A DNA stretch of 64,000 nt from Eledone cirrhosa (taxonomy: Eukaryota). The notes beneath the pieces were generated by a model, which was not told the DNA's origin, did no database searches, and saw only the letters and a program-made list of their open reading frames with translations. Positions within the stretch are counted from its first letter, which is position 1. Each line of letters begins with the position of its first letter. This document shows positions 14,440 to 29,293 of this stretch, piece by piece. Where the stretch lies: NCBI GenBank assembly GCA_964016885.1, contig OZ024743.1:229834001-229898000 (forward strand), written 5' to 3'. The position numbers and the translations under genes are program-made.

Positions 14440-17400
14440 AAACAACAAAATGAAAACTCCGCGACCAAGAAATACCGGGATGGCGGCCGGCGGGGAATAG
14501 CCGTGTCTCTAGAGTAGAACGACCCCTCTAGTCTTGGTTGACACTCGTTCTAGAAGTGGTAACACGAAATGATTACCCCTTGGCGGATAAGGATAAAACG
14601 CGACAAAATAAAGTAAATGTCTAATGATAAAATCTCATACCGGATCGGCCGTCACCCGGGTAAAAAAGGGCCGCGTCCCTCAGAGAGGAACCAGACTGGG
14701 GTCGAAAAATCAGCTAATGGTTCAAACCTTCCCATCACTTCGGAGCTGGAGACCTCCCATAACCGGAATACTCCTACTGTTGGCCCTCCATGCTCACCAC
14801 CAAGAAATCCAAACAAAAAGAGAGAAAAATGGTCAAGGGAAGATAATAAAGAAGTCCTTGAGGCTTTCTACACTGCCATGTACTACCCATCAAATACATC
14901 GAATACAGAACAGAAATATATCAACTGGAAAAAGAAACATCCCGAAAAAAGAGGCTATATTGACAGCAACAAACTAGCCAATATACGAAGAAATATTGTA
15001 AGTAAAAAGTTACTAACTGATATAGAAATTGATCAGATCAAGCTATTAGCACAAAGTCAGCGAGGGGAAAATGAAACATGTGTCAGTGAAAACGAGGTAA
15101 ACTGTAACACTTCGAACCCAGGGTAGGGGCGGAATCACTGGTAACAGAAAAAATTAAAGAAAGGATCGAAAAAGTGGAGGGAGTGCATGCTCAGGATGAA
15201 ACTCCAAATGAAAATAATGAGATCGTAAATGATAAAGAAATGAATGAGAATGAACTTGCCAACTTGAAGGATGAAATTATGATCGAATGGATGAAAATGA
15301 AAGAATCTGACATGGGGCAACGAGACACCCTCCCTAAGATCCAGAACTCCAAACTGAACCAAAAGATAATACGCAAGACTAACATAATTCTCAAAAACAT
15401 TATCATCACAAACAAACTAAACATTACTGATTTAAATCATCTCTATTATGCATCGGCTAAAGTCACCACTCACTTATGTGGAGTGAAGATGAAAAAACAA
15501 AGGAATTCCCACAAGAAATCTACTTGGCAAGAGAACATCAATCGCCAAATAAACCTTCTCCGATCTGACATAGATATTTTAACAAACTATAAAGTAGGTG
15601 AACATGTTAAACAAACTAAACTTAGAAAATTGAAAAAAAAGTTCAGTATAAAATCAACATGGGACATAGACATGCTGATAGAAATAATCAAGCAAAAAGT
15701 GTCGGCCAAAGCTGCTCGTATAAGGCGCTTTGAAAAACGATCTAGATTCTATAAGGACAATAATATGTTCAAAAACAACCAAAGAAACTTCTACAGAAAA
15801 ATTGGTAAGTCAACAATAACTGCTAAGTCAATACCACCCAAGGAGGAAGTGCAAGGATTCTGGGAAAAGATCTGGGCCGAAGAAAAAGTTCATAACATAC
15901 ATGCCCCATGGATAGACAGACAAATGAAAGATACAGCTCACCTTGAGGAACGAACATGGGAAAATATAACAGTTGAACAGTTGCGCTTGGCTCTAAGAAA
16001 AACCAGCAAATGGAAATCCCCAGGAAAAGACAAAATACAAAACTTTTGGATAAATGCCTTCACAGAGTCTCATGAGCTGTTAGCCCAACTTTACAATGAA
16101 ATAGTTAAGGAGCCAGAAAAGATACCTTCATGGCTAGTTAACGCCATTACATTCCTGCATCCGAAGAATGATGAGACAAACAATCCCAAAAATTACAGAC
16201 CGATAACTTGCTTGACCACAATGTATAACATTTTAACATCAGTCCTAACTGAATACACATATGACCACCTGATAACAAATTACCTATTTCCCATTGAGCG
16301 CAGAAAGGGTGTAAACGAGGCTCATATGGCTGTAAGGATCAGCTTCTGGTTAACAAAATGATACTGGAAGATTGTCATAATAGACACAAAAATCTATCGA
16401 TTGCTTGGATAGATTATAAAAAAGCATTTGATAGTTTGCCACACAGTTGGATTGAAAAATGTTTAGAGATTTTCAAAGTATCCCCCGTTGTCAGGAGGTT
16501 TTTGTCATTCAGTATGAAGACATAGAAAACGACACTCCTTTTCAATAGTGAAACAAAATCACTGGAAGCTGGAGAAGTTAATATTAAGTGTGGAATTGTT
16601 CAGGGTGACTCTTTTTCACCGCTTTTATTCTGCATAGCACTTATACCATTAAGTAAAATGCTCAATGAAACAAAACATGGATATAAAGTCTATGACAAAA
16701 CCATTAATCACCTGTTCTACATGGATGACGTGAACCTATTTGCAAAAAATGATGAACAATTGCAAGGGCTATTATCCACTGTGAAGCAGTTCAGTGATGA
16801 CATTAAAATGGAGTTTGGACTAGATAAATGCGCCAAAGCAACGTTCACCAGAGGAAAGCTGCTGAAGAGTTCAGACATTAATCTTGATCGGGGGAACGTG
16901 ATAAGAGAACTTGATCAAGAAAAAACTTACAAATATCTAGGTGTTTGTGAAGGAGACGGAATCAAGCACTCGACAATGAGGGAAAGGATAAGGAAGGAAT
17001 GTTACCGCAGAGTGAGAGCAATCTTAAAAACGGAATTGAATGCAAGGAATAGGATTGATGCCATAAACACGCTTGCCATACCAGTAGTAACCTACAGTTA
17101 CAATGTCATCAACTGGTCAAGCACAGAGATCCGTAGGCTCGATACAAAAATTCGAAAATTCTTAACCATGCACAGAATGCATCACCCTAAAGCAGATATA
17201 GATGGAATATATCTCCCTAGGAAAGAAGGAGGACGTGGGTTAATCCAGTTAGACATTGCGTTGAAAACTGCAACAATTGGATTATCTACATATCTAAGGG
17301 AATCACATGATTGGATGATCAAACTCGTTTTGAAACACGAAAGCATCAAAAGATCATATTCCATTATAAAAGATGCACAAAGATACAGTAATGGATGACA

Positions 17401-18411
17401 AATTTCAGAAGTCCCATTTACTGCTGAAATGGAAAACACAGAAAAAGCAAAGCAGCTAAAAGTAACTGCAAAGAAAGAACTGCTACAGAAACTGGCTAAG
17501 AAATGGCAAGAAAAGCCTCTGTATGGAAAATACCCAGAGCGAGCTAACAATCCTGATGTTGACAAAACTTTAACCCATCAGTGGTAGGCATCCTCTGGAC
17601 TGAAATCGGAGACTGAAGGACTGATTATATCGGCACAAGATCAGTGTCTGCCAACAAAAAATTACCAAGCCAACATAATAAAAAATGGATGCAGCCCATT
17701 ATGCCGTGTATGCAAAAAACAACCAGAGAACATTGACCATATAATTTCAATGTGCAGTCCTATAGCTCCAACCGAATACCTAAACAGGCATGACAGAGCT
17801 GCACAATACATACATTGGATAATGTGTAAGCATTTTGACCTGCCCCATCAAAAGAATTGGTGGGAGCATCAACCACCTCCCATACTTGAAAAAGATCACA
17901 TCTCAATCTTGTGGAACTTTAGCATCCAAACAGACCGAAAAATAGATGCAAACAGACCTGATATAATATTGAAAGACTTTCAAAAGAGGGTATGCCTGCT
18001 AATTGATATGTCTGTTCCAATAGACAAGAATGTATCTATAAAAACATTTGAAAAATTGAGCAAGTATAAGGACCTAGAGATAGAAATTGGAAAAATGTGG
18101 AAATTGAGAACTAAAACAATACCAGTGGTTGTAGGCGCTCTGGGAATGATACCTAAGGGGTCTAATGATTACATATCGCAAATCCCAGGAAACCCGCGTA
18201 TAGGAGAAATACAAAAGATAGTACTAATGGGAACTGCCCATATACTAAGGAAGATTCTGTCAATACAAGTACATCACAAGTCTAAACACTAAAGATGCAT
18301 GTGTGAATATGTATGTTCTTTCTTGAACATGGCGGACCTTGTTGTCTCTTGAGGTCACTGGTTGTGACTTGGTGATAACTCGTATGAACATAAAGCAAGA
18401 TAAATGCAACT

Positions 18412-18412
<1 letters not shown>
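14440..18412 (+). mobile_element. Dong/R4 family A, full-length but disrupted copy
   Basis: Structured 5' UTR, ORF start at 14617 (R.KWSREDN..VLEAFY N-terminal motif), WKSPGKDKIQNFW, RT and RLE, several stops and frameshifts. High identity to 9699-11986. (TAA)n tail. Confidence 0.93.
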
Positions 18413-18486
<74 letters not shown>

Positions 18487-18508
18487 TTAATAATAATAAT
18501 AATAATAA
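18413..18508. repeat. (TAA)n microsatellite shared tail-to-tail by Dong-A (+) and Tx1-like (-)
   Basis: Direct reading. Confidence 0.95.
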
Positions 18509-19815
18509 TTTCATTTATTGGCTACAAGGGCCGTCATGTAGGGGACAATACAAAGACACGGACAGTGAGGCTTTATAATAAGCTCGAGTAAAAGTGCACA
18601 ATAGTAAAACCAATTTAACAATGAAGACTATAGATAAACTATGTATAAACATAACAAAAAAAATTCCCCAATAAGGGGAGGGGGTGAACCACTCAGAGGC
18701 GACTCAGGTACCCCACCAATCCTGAACCACACGACGCTTCTAGGGCACCCGGGGAGGGCAACCCTCTCCTCCTCAAATTAACCAGCCTATAGGCATATGT
18801 TCAGAGTAGGTTCACTCACACGGGCCATTCTCGCGATATTCATCCACCTTTTAGCAAATGCACGGGGGGGAAGAGGGCAGCACTTCTTTCTCCACAATCA
18901 TCTTCCTTTCCAAGTGAAACTTGAAGAAGTTGATGCAGGATTGACCGAAGAGAAAAGTGTCTGTCTTCAGTCCTTTCAGCCTTGTCCACCATAAAAGCTT
19001 TTTCGCAACTGCCACTAGACAGAGGAATATTGCCTGCCCTTCCTGGCCAAAATATGGACTAGGCCGATAGCCGGATCGGTTCTACAGCTGTTCAACATAA
19101 CTCCACAAGTCAGTAATGCACGGACATTGGACGAGTGCATGCAGAACGCTTTCATGGCTCAGCGCGCATCTCGGGCATGCTCGTCTGACAGCACTTCCGT
19201 GTCTGTAGAGTTTATCTTGAACCGGAAGTCCCTCGCTCCCGGGAGCACTGCGAAACGAGGGATTTCTGGAAGTTATCCATTGTTCCTGGCTCAAAAGTCC
19301 TCCGGTAAACACTGGTCAGTTCGACTTGGTTGACGCCCAGAGCCTCTCCGAGTGCATCGTCGCACTTGCCCATCACCATCCTCTATAGAATTCGAGAGTG
19401 GAAGTTCCACTGACCACATTGCTCGCCTGGTAGAGGTCAGTGAGTCCCTGGCAACTATCCAGATGCCAGTCACCCAGTCAAAGAACGAGCTGTGGAAAGA
19501 CCCCCTCTGACAAACGGCTACGACATCTGTTCAACGTTTAGGCAGAACATCTGGATATGCCGCAGCATCAACGCGTGTCTGCGCATTATTATCCCGGGCA
19601 TGCTCAAGCCTCATCATAGAGGGTGCTGGCAGCAGATGGACCACCTCATCAACGGAACCTGTCCCCTCCTGAAGAATTTGAATAAGAGCCGTTAAAACTT
19701 GGTGAGGCACGGACGGACGGGGGTAAGGCACGATGGTCAGGCGGTAGTAGATGACGGATGCGAAGTACGCATTCGCTACCTCCGTCCGACCCCTCAGTGA
19801 TAGCTTCGTCGCAAA
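18508..19815 (-). mobile_element. Tx1/L1-clade LINE 3' fragment (post-RT region, zf-RVT zinc finger, 3' UTR)
   Basis: KLSLRGRTEVANAYFASVIYY and LPVQDKL...CPRC...ESVLHALVQC....LW. Ends aataaatgaaa-(tta)n on the minus strand. Confidence 0.8.
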
Positions 19816-19879
19816 TAAGTAAAGGTATAAACAAAACATATACTTAGCTCCCACATCAAGACGTAAAATATCCACGTAT

Positions 19880-20910
19880 AGATCGTACTATCCGTTAGGG
19901 TATAACGTAGGGCTGTAATACAGGAAAGTTTTGTGAAATTTATGTTTACAAGCCGAAATTACCTCAGATTTTTTATTTAAGATGTGGTCTGTGGCGAGAG
20001 TATTTTCAGGGCCTCAGCGGCGCAGAGGTCACATGGTCTTTTATTTCCGTTATACGATCTAACCCTAGCTAGGATCTCCCAGTGTAACTTATATTGGGTG
20101 TGGTTGTCTTTTAGACTCCAGATATAAGCTGAAAGTGACGTCATATTCGTTCTTAGAGGGTAACGAAAAGAATGGGTATGCATGTAAATACGCTGCTTGA
20201 ATCTATTGGCGGTTAACTCTATGTAGGACTTACGGGACGTGGGTGTTACAACCTTACATTTGTAGACAATGTTACTAGAGAGGCATTTCCCGGATAGAAG
20301 GCAATCAATCCGATTCCTACAATTACAGTTAGTACTAACTACAGGGTTGCACGTGTTCCTACAGCTAGGTAGTTTAGCTAAATTTGAAACCGTGATGTTA
20401 TGTGCAAGGTTAGGAGTCGTAGAGTAAGAAATTTTAATCGTATTTCTATTAAAAATTTTACTATATTTATGTGTAGGGGGAAAATGCTTCGTAATAAGGG
20501 AACGAAAGATCTTAGCTAATGGTGTGGCCACCTCCATATTATATGATGGGTTATACCAACATATGTGACGGGATCTATTTCTTCTAGGTCTATTTGCGTA
20601 CTCTGTATAAGCTACCTTATCGACAAATCCACTTCGAGCAAGAGCTTCATTGTAATAAGTGGAATGGTCGTTGAAAACACGCTCTTTGGTGGAGAGACGG
20701 GAAAGCCTCAACGAAACGTTTCTTACCAGGTTCTTGGTTATGCTGGCAGGGTGGTTGGAATACTTACTTATGTAATTAAGCGTATCATTCGGCTTTCTAT
20801 ACGGGTAATACAACCCATTCAATAAATTGAGCGTAACGTCGAGGTAATTAACGACCGAGAGATTGGCCTCAACCTGTATAGAGAGGTTGAAGCCTTTAAA
20901 GAAGGCTGTG
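19880..20910 (-). mobile_element. Penelope-like element (Neptune/Naiad-like), RT thumb plus GIY-YIG fragment
   Basis: ORF 19977-20822: PYRKPN...SNHP, WYNP.YN, KIFNRNTIKISYS, CNC...C.L.GKC, IVYKC...SYI.LT..FKQR...H, CDLC..E. An LNKKSE..CKH tail follows in another frame. Confidence 0.88.
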
Positions 20911-20944
20911 AGTTATAATTCACTTGAAGCATTGTGTAATGAGG

Positions 20945-21314
20945 TATAAACGTTTGTATATGTATAATAAAGCCAAAACAATGCAAGTATGGACATAGAA
21001 TACAGAATGCAAATGCAAAAGATAATTAGTCTTTTACCTTAGATTTATTTAAATGTCCTTAATGTTCGAGATAATATGTCTTCTTCGGAGGGAAGTAAAG
21101 CGGTTAAACCAAATAACTTGGCAAGCTATTTAGAACACTGGTTTAACCGCTTTACTTCCCTCCGAAGAAGAGATATTATCTCGAAAATTAAGGACATTTA
21201 AATAAATCCTAGGTAAAAGACTATTTGTCAACAATATCTATTGCGTTTGCATTCTTTATTCTATGTCCATACCTGCATTGTTTTGGCTTTATTATACATA
21301 TACAAACGTTTATA
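20945..21314. repeat. Fold-back (inverted pLTR pair) at the 5' end of the minus-strand PLE; arms 20945-21111 and 21139-21314
   Basis: Arms are reverse complements with a few mismatches and one indel. 27-nt spacer. Right arm runs into (TA)n. Confidence 0.92.
21159..21193 (+). ncRNA. Variant hammerhead-like motif (CCGAAGA core) in palindrome arm
   Basis: cct-CCGAAGA-a-gagata(t)tatctc-GAAA-at-TA-agg. Mirrored on the minus strand at about 21057-21091. Confidence 0.5.
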
Positions 21315-21331
21315 TATTTATATATATATAC

Positions 21332-21438
<107 letters not shown>

Positions 21439-21445
21439 TATATAC

Positions 21446-21484
<39 letters not shown>

Positions 21485-21559
21485 TACATATATATATAGA
21501 CATATATATATATATGTATATAAATAGGTATGTGTATATATATATATATGTATATGTAC

Positions 21560-22003
<444 letters not shown>

Positions 22004-22018
22004 GTATATATATATATG

Positions 22019-22093
<75 letters not shown>

Positions 22094-22327
22094 GTATATG
22101 TACATGCATATATATTTATATATATCTGAATTTGTTTAGCAAGATTCTTTATCTGAAAACGTGTGTTGAAACCGATATTGTTATAATTTGGGAGGGTCAT
22201 GTTGCCAATAAGAAACACACGCACCACAGCTTTCACTTCAATTTATTACAATAAATTTATAAATTTAGGAATTTATAAATTTTCGGTTGGTTGGTTGGTT
22301 CCACAACCAGATGGTTGTTTATATATT

Positions 22328-22370
22328 GTCATAGTTCTTTCGTCACACATTCTGTGACCTCTTCAGTGAC
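22328..22370 (-). ncRNA. Type I hammerhead ribozyme (left arm)
   Basis: Reverse complement gtca-CTGAAGA-g-gtcaca(gaatg)tgtgac-GAAA-gaac-TA-tgac. Confidence 0.8.
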
Positions 22371-22493
22371 TGGGGATTCTTTTCTTTGTTTTTGTGCCTC
22401 TCCTTTTTTCTGTCCTACGCCATATTGTTAGAGAAACAAGATGGCGTAGGACAGACCAAAGGAGATGCACAAAAACAAAGAAAATAATCCCCA

Positions 22494-22536
22494 GTCACTG
22501 AAGAGGTCACATAATGTGTGACGAAAGAACTTTGAC
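22494..22536 (+). ncRNA. Type I hammerhead ribozyme (right arm)
   Basis: gtca-CTGAAGA-g-gtcaca(taatg)tgtgac-GAAA-gaac-TT-tgac. Confidence 0.8.
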
Positions 22537-22735
22537 AATATATAAACAACCATCAGGTTGTGGAACCAACCAACCAACCAACCAACCGGAAATTTATAAA
22601 TTCCTAAATTTATAAATTTATTATAATAAATTGAAGTGAAAGCAACTGGTGTGTGTGTTTCTTATTGGCAACATGACCCTCCCAAAGTATAACAATATAT
22701 ATATATATATATATACACATACATATATATATATA

Positions 22736-22779
<44 letters not shown>

Positions 22780-23370
22780 AGAGTATTGAAGTTTGCTTGG
22801 AGCATTGTGGAATAATAAGGTAAATTTCTTTAAGTCGTTTGGAAGCCTCGACAATGCAGATGGGTTAATCTCCGGGTAACAAGATCCGGTGGTGGAGAGA
22901 GAGATGTAAGTGGGTGTATGTTGAGATGCGTGGCGTGTATAAGACTATGGCGTGTAGATGAATGAAGGAAAGAGCGTGAAGGATAAAAATAATAACAACA
23001 CGAGAAAGAGTTACCTTGGGAGAGATTTAATTGTCCCTATATATTCCGGATTAACATCCATCAAGTGGGTTTTTTTTGCGGGGGTGCGGGGTAGAGGATG
23101 TGTGTTGGAAAGGTGCGAAACGTGTCCTCCGTTGTTCGTTGTTTTGAATATCTATATCTATATATATATATCTGGAGGCACATTAGGATGTTGGACTCAA
23201 AATCCTAAGATTACTCGTTCAAGAAATGGTTTGGTCGAAGTGTGGTTTTTTGAACAATCACTTCATTTTACGTTCGAACCTAGCATAAGGCTAGCTAAAC
23301 GTCCATAGGTGTTAGCCTAAATTGCATAGAGTATAGCATCACTCCATGTGCTGGAACGTAAAATCACACA

Positions 23371-24127
<757 letters not shown>

Positions 24128-24507
24128 GTTATGCTTAATATGAAATGAAACAGTACATAATATAAAGAAACCACCTAACATATATTCTACAAAACAAAAG
24201 CAAACATTTCCCACCTATATGTGTTTAAATACGAATATATCAGTATAATTTCATACATATCTTGTGTTCCACACTTTGCTAAATATTTAAACACGGAACA
24301 GTAGCGTATGAGTTCATGTCACATTGAATATCGAGTTAGTTAAAAGTACAGAGAAACCACTCGCGCCCAAAAGAACCGGTTTTTATTCAAATTATTAGGT
24401 AGTAACAATATATCAGAGTTTACTGATAAAATAACAGAGGGATACTAATGCGTTGTTATGTTATATTTTCTCCTACTTTCTAAAGGATGTGTGCTCCATA
24501 TGTACAT

Positions 24508-24569
<62 letters not shown>

Positions 24570-25599
24570 CCACACATACACACACACTACATACATATAT
24601 ATATGCATGCACACACACTCATAAAAGCATATACATATATATGATATATGATAAGCAAACAGACGTCTTAGGTACGTATTCATTTTGTCTAATGCTCCTT
24701 CAGAATATGTAAAGTATAATAGAAACCGGTGTTATATTTAAATTATTTACACAGATTAGTCAATTGTAAGAGAACATTTGGTAAATGTCGGATTCTAAAT
24801 GGATCCTACAGATAACAAACAGACAGCCTGGTGGAGCAATGTACCTGGCTTAAGGACTAGGTGTACTTTGCTCAACATTTTTATGTATTTGAGTTTTATT
24901 TCTTGACAATGTAGCAGGTTGTGTCTTTAAACACAATCATATTACACGTTGCTCTAGTCTACACGGATGGAAATAATAAATAGCACTAGCACAGTTGCCA
25001 AACTGTATTGGACAACATCTTTGACATGGAGATGAGTAATTAGCTTACATGTGTGGCTGCTGGACTTCCACGAAATACATTGCCTAGTCTTGCGTTTGGA
25101 TAGTAAATTTATTGTGTAAAACCATGGTCATTTATGATCGTAGGCGACTTCAAACAGTATTCCCATGAAGTTTTGACAAAACAGCCTAAATATGCATTGG
25201 AATTCTAAAGTGTTATTTGACAATATAATCTGATGGAATATTATTCCACCCCTTCTGTAGAACTCCCTATAGAGGTCCAGTGTATTTCGGATTCGGATTC
25301 TTCTTCGATAGTGCTCAGATCCCTTTTTCAAAGTGGCCACGTCAAAGTGGGAGCAACTACAGATCTCTGTTTTCTTTCCATATAGGTTTGTGAGTAGGGT
25401 GTAGAGCTCATAATCGTGAGATCATTGGTATGGTACACAGCGCAGTTCGCACTTTGTGTCATTTATATTTGCTCCAGTCCACCCAGATCAAAGACCTAAT
25501 AGCTGCAACTAGGTTATAACTCTATGGTGTAAAATCAGTTGGGTACAATCAGACGCTCAACGACAATAGACCAATAGTACTGGGATGAGCTCAAGCTTG

Positions 25600-25660
<61 letters not shown>

Positions 25661-25665
<5 letters not shown>

Positions 25666-26205
25666 TAGATTGAGTTACAAATTCAAAATAGTCTTTTACA
25701 ATTAAATAGCTCAAAGAAGGGAAAGCTTCCCTTCTTTTAGCTATTTAATTGTAAAAACTATTTTGAGTTTATAACTCAATCTATGATATTCCCGGCTCTG
25801 TATGTAGAACTAACCTTAGTCTCATAAACCCAGCTGCCATTTTTAGCGGCATGAGTATGAGACGCGCCAGGCGCTGTGACATGTGGGTTTATAATAACAG
25901 CATATCTCTCAGTCCTCTTAGATCCTTTGAAGTGAAAGGTACGAATTTTCCTGGATATCCGTAGATGACCACAGGAGTTCTGGCTTTCACTTAATAATTC
26001 TTGCGAAACAGATTTTGGGTCTGTCCGGGTATCAAAGGCTATTGCTCGATATATGTTTGTTATTTTTATTGATTTATTACTTTAAATCGGGTCAGGGAAA
26101 CCATATTGTTTTAAATTAGTATTTCTTCAACCTAGCTAACTTGGTCCTTTGCAATTGGAACACATGTATACTTATATCTGTGTTAACCCCTCTCACATAT
26201 CCAAT
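25661..26205 (+). mobile_element. (TA)n-flanked pLTR-like element: terminal palindrome (25661-25788), hairpin and degenerate hammerhead (25920-26022)
   Basis: tatcatagattgagtta...taactcaatctatgata; agatcc-tTTGAAGT...GAAAC-agattt-tgggtct. Confidence 0.65.
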
Positions 26206-26224
26206 TATATATATATATATATAT

Positions 26225-28065
26225 ATCTTGATCATATATTAATAATGATAAATGGTAAAATAGTGCAAACTGTGAAGCTTATAACTCTTCCTTGCCACTA
26301 GATTCAGATCATCGCCCTATCACATCATTGATAAGCATATCATTAATATGTAAGAAAGCTAACAAGACAAAGAAAATTCAATTTGCTCTAAACACAAATG
26401 AGAAATTTAGGGAAAATTACACAGTTGAAATTAGTGACAGATACTATCTTCAAGACCAATCTCAAGACAACTCTGCCAACACAATGTATGAAAACATAAT
26501 TGAAGTACTTAAAAAGGCTTCAGAAGTGCACATATCTTTGAAACCACGTAGAGCATTGAAGAAGGCCCAATGGGAAAACCAAGACGTGGTAAGGGAATGA
26601 AAATAATTAAAAGAGTGCCCATTCCAAAACAATGCTTCATCCGACTGATAGAAGCAAACAGCATATAGTTGAAGCTAAAAGATATCAAAGAACAGGAAAG
26701 CTACATAGGGAGAAAGCAGAACTACTGCATAACGCCGACGTCAGCGAAATAACTGGAAGAAATTAAACTAAGATAAAATAAACGCTGAATGCCCGAAGAA
26801 AGAATAAAGTTATGAAGCAGCGTTTTGCTAAGTTACTCGGGCAACTTCCTTTGATAGCTGAAGGAAACATTGACACTGCTTATTAATATCAGTGATTTTA
26901 CAATGCATCCGTTGAAAGATGCAATCAAATCGACACAATACAATAAAGCTACACGCATGTATAATATAGCAGCAGAGTATGGAAAGTATGAATGAACACT
27001 GAACTGCTTGACATTTGCTAAATCACCTTCAAAGAGGATGTATTGAAAATCTGGAGAAAAGGAGGAGTAGTGCTTCTACCTAATAAGAGTGACCTGGGAT
27101 ATACAGACAATTACAGAAGAATTATTGTGGCAGTAGTTGCAGCTACAATCTACAACAGAATGCTACTAAACAGAATGAGACCATAATTAGACATGAAACT
27201 CACAATAAATCAAAATCGTTACTAGAAGGCGTCAGATCAAGGAACCTGAAAGATGTACTAACTTTCATTGATTTCCAAAATGGTTATGACAACTTCCATC
27301 AATCTTAGCATATCTGATACCAGAGTTACTGTTGAAAATGAACTTTATAAAACCACATAAACCCAATTCTCTCCCCTGATGGTTATAGAGAGGTTCTTAG
27401 AATACTTGCGGGTGTCCTTCAAGGTGACACATTGACATCATGTCATTTTATTATAGACTATCTCATGAGGGAAGCCATTGTTAATTAACAAGATATCCGC
27501 TTTACATTTATACAAAGTAGAAGTAAGTGAAAGCCACCAACTGTTATATGTGATACAGAATCTGCTGATAACAAAGATCTTTTATCAAATAGCATTAATT
27601 AAACTATATAATTCTTCAGAAAGCCTAATTCAAGAAAATTGATTTACACAAATATGTTACCAAGTCTACGTTCATGTCACTAAACCCAGAAGATAGAAAT
27701 TTTGACGGAATAATACATCGAATTGATGATTTTCTACATTTGGGCAGCTGGATAAGCTCATCAAAAAAGGGACTAAGGCTACATTGAGCAAAGTGAAAAC
27801 ATATGGAAGTTAGATCTACTCAGAGAAATCAAAATATCATTTTAGAGAACATTTGTCGAATCAGTGTTTGTGCATGGATTAGGTGTATGGACACTGACAC
27901 AATCACTTGAGAAGAAACTAGATAATGCATACACTAAAGTGCTTGTACAAACCATAAACAAGCCTCAACGTATTACAAATGAAAAGTTATGCGGAAACTT
28001 ACCAAAGATAAATGCAAGTTTTCAAAGACGGTTACAATTTACAGGACATTATTGTAGTCATGCTT
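26225..28065 (+). mobile_element. Highly decayed RTE-like LINE (APE end plus RT)
   Basis: LDHILI and DSDHRPI (APE C-terminus), KSDL..TDNYRRI, GVLQGDTL, F.HLGSWI, WTLTQSLEKKLDNAYTK. Many indels. Confidence 0.75.
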
Positions 28066-28241
28066 TGCAGCATAGAGTTACGGCCCTTTATGATCTGAGT
28101 TCAAATCCTGCCGAGGTTAACTTTGCCTTTCATCCCTACGGGGTCGATAAAATAAAGCACCTGTCACGCACAGGGGTCGATTTAATCGACTTTCCCCTCC
28201 ACCAAAATTGCTGGCCTTGTATTTATATAAGAAACAATTAT
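28059..28241 (+). mobile_element. tRNA-derived SINE (family 1)
   Basis: gagttcaaatcctgccgaggttaactttgcctttcatccctacggggtcgataaaataaag. Confidence 0.85.
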
Positions 28242-28461
28242 TGTAGTAATATAACATCTACGATTGTGGGAACCAACTCACGGGGAGACGCTGTACAGGC
28301 GGTTCTGGTAAACCTTCATCGATCACCTCTATGACAATACAAAACTGTGTTTTATATATATATGCTTACATACACACACACACACTCATATATATATATA
28401 GAGAGAGAGATGCCCATATATGTATATATATATATGTGTCACTGTGTGTGAATGGATGTAT

Positions 28462-28501
<40 letters not shown>

Positions 28502-28821
28502 GCATACATACATAAATATATACTTAAATAAATATATACATGCACCTGCGCACACCCTAACACACATAAATAACTGTGTCTATATTTGTTGATGTCAAAA
28601 TGTCATTTATGTGAGTGTTTCTGTCTACTTTACTTTTGCCATTGTCAGCAAGTTATAATGAAGTGAAAATCAAGTCAGATTCTAAATAAATGCTTCAAGG
28701 GTTCTGGGTTCTTTTTCTTATACTTTTACTTTTTATGGGAGAAAAGCAGGGAAGATGGGTGTTGATAAATTTGGGTCCCAGAAAAGGAAAATGAACAATA
28801 CAATTCACAACTATATGTATG

Positions 28822-28950
<129 letters not shown>

Positions 28951-29112
28951 GTGTATATATAAATTGTCTTTATTTTATGATTGAATTTATGACTTGTCTC
29001 TGTCAATTAATAATGAACTGATTTAAGGCGCCACTAAAATGACTTGGTTTCTAAATACTTTAAACTTTATAAGAAATCACTCTCACTTGTTCCCTCTTCT
29101 CACTATCTCTCT

Positions 29113-29293
<181 letters not shown>

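Larger units (their letters stand above)
22175..22698. mobile_element. Palindromic PLE-derived element (two inverted pLTRs, about 255-bp arms, about 5-nt spacer near 22432) in (TA)n context
   Basis: Arms are reverse complements. Terminus atgaccctcccaaagtataacaat, aagatggcgtag and gaaagaactt are shared with the PLE at 161-3220. Confidence 0.9.

Noticed and set aside
22175-22698. Palindromes interpreted as MITEs or Foldback DNA transposons
   Set aside because: Arms carry hammerheads, share a terminus with a Penelope ORF-bearing copy and show one-sided extensions; not the TIR/TSD pattern of cut-and-paste elements.
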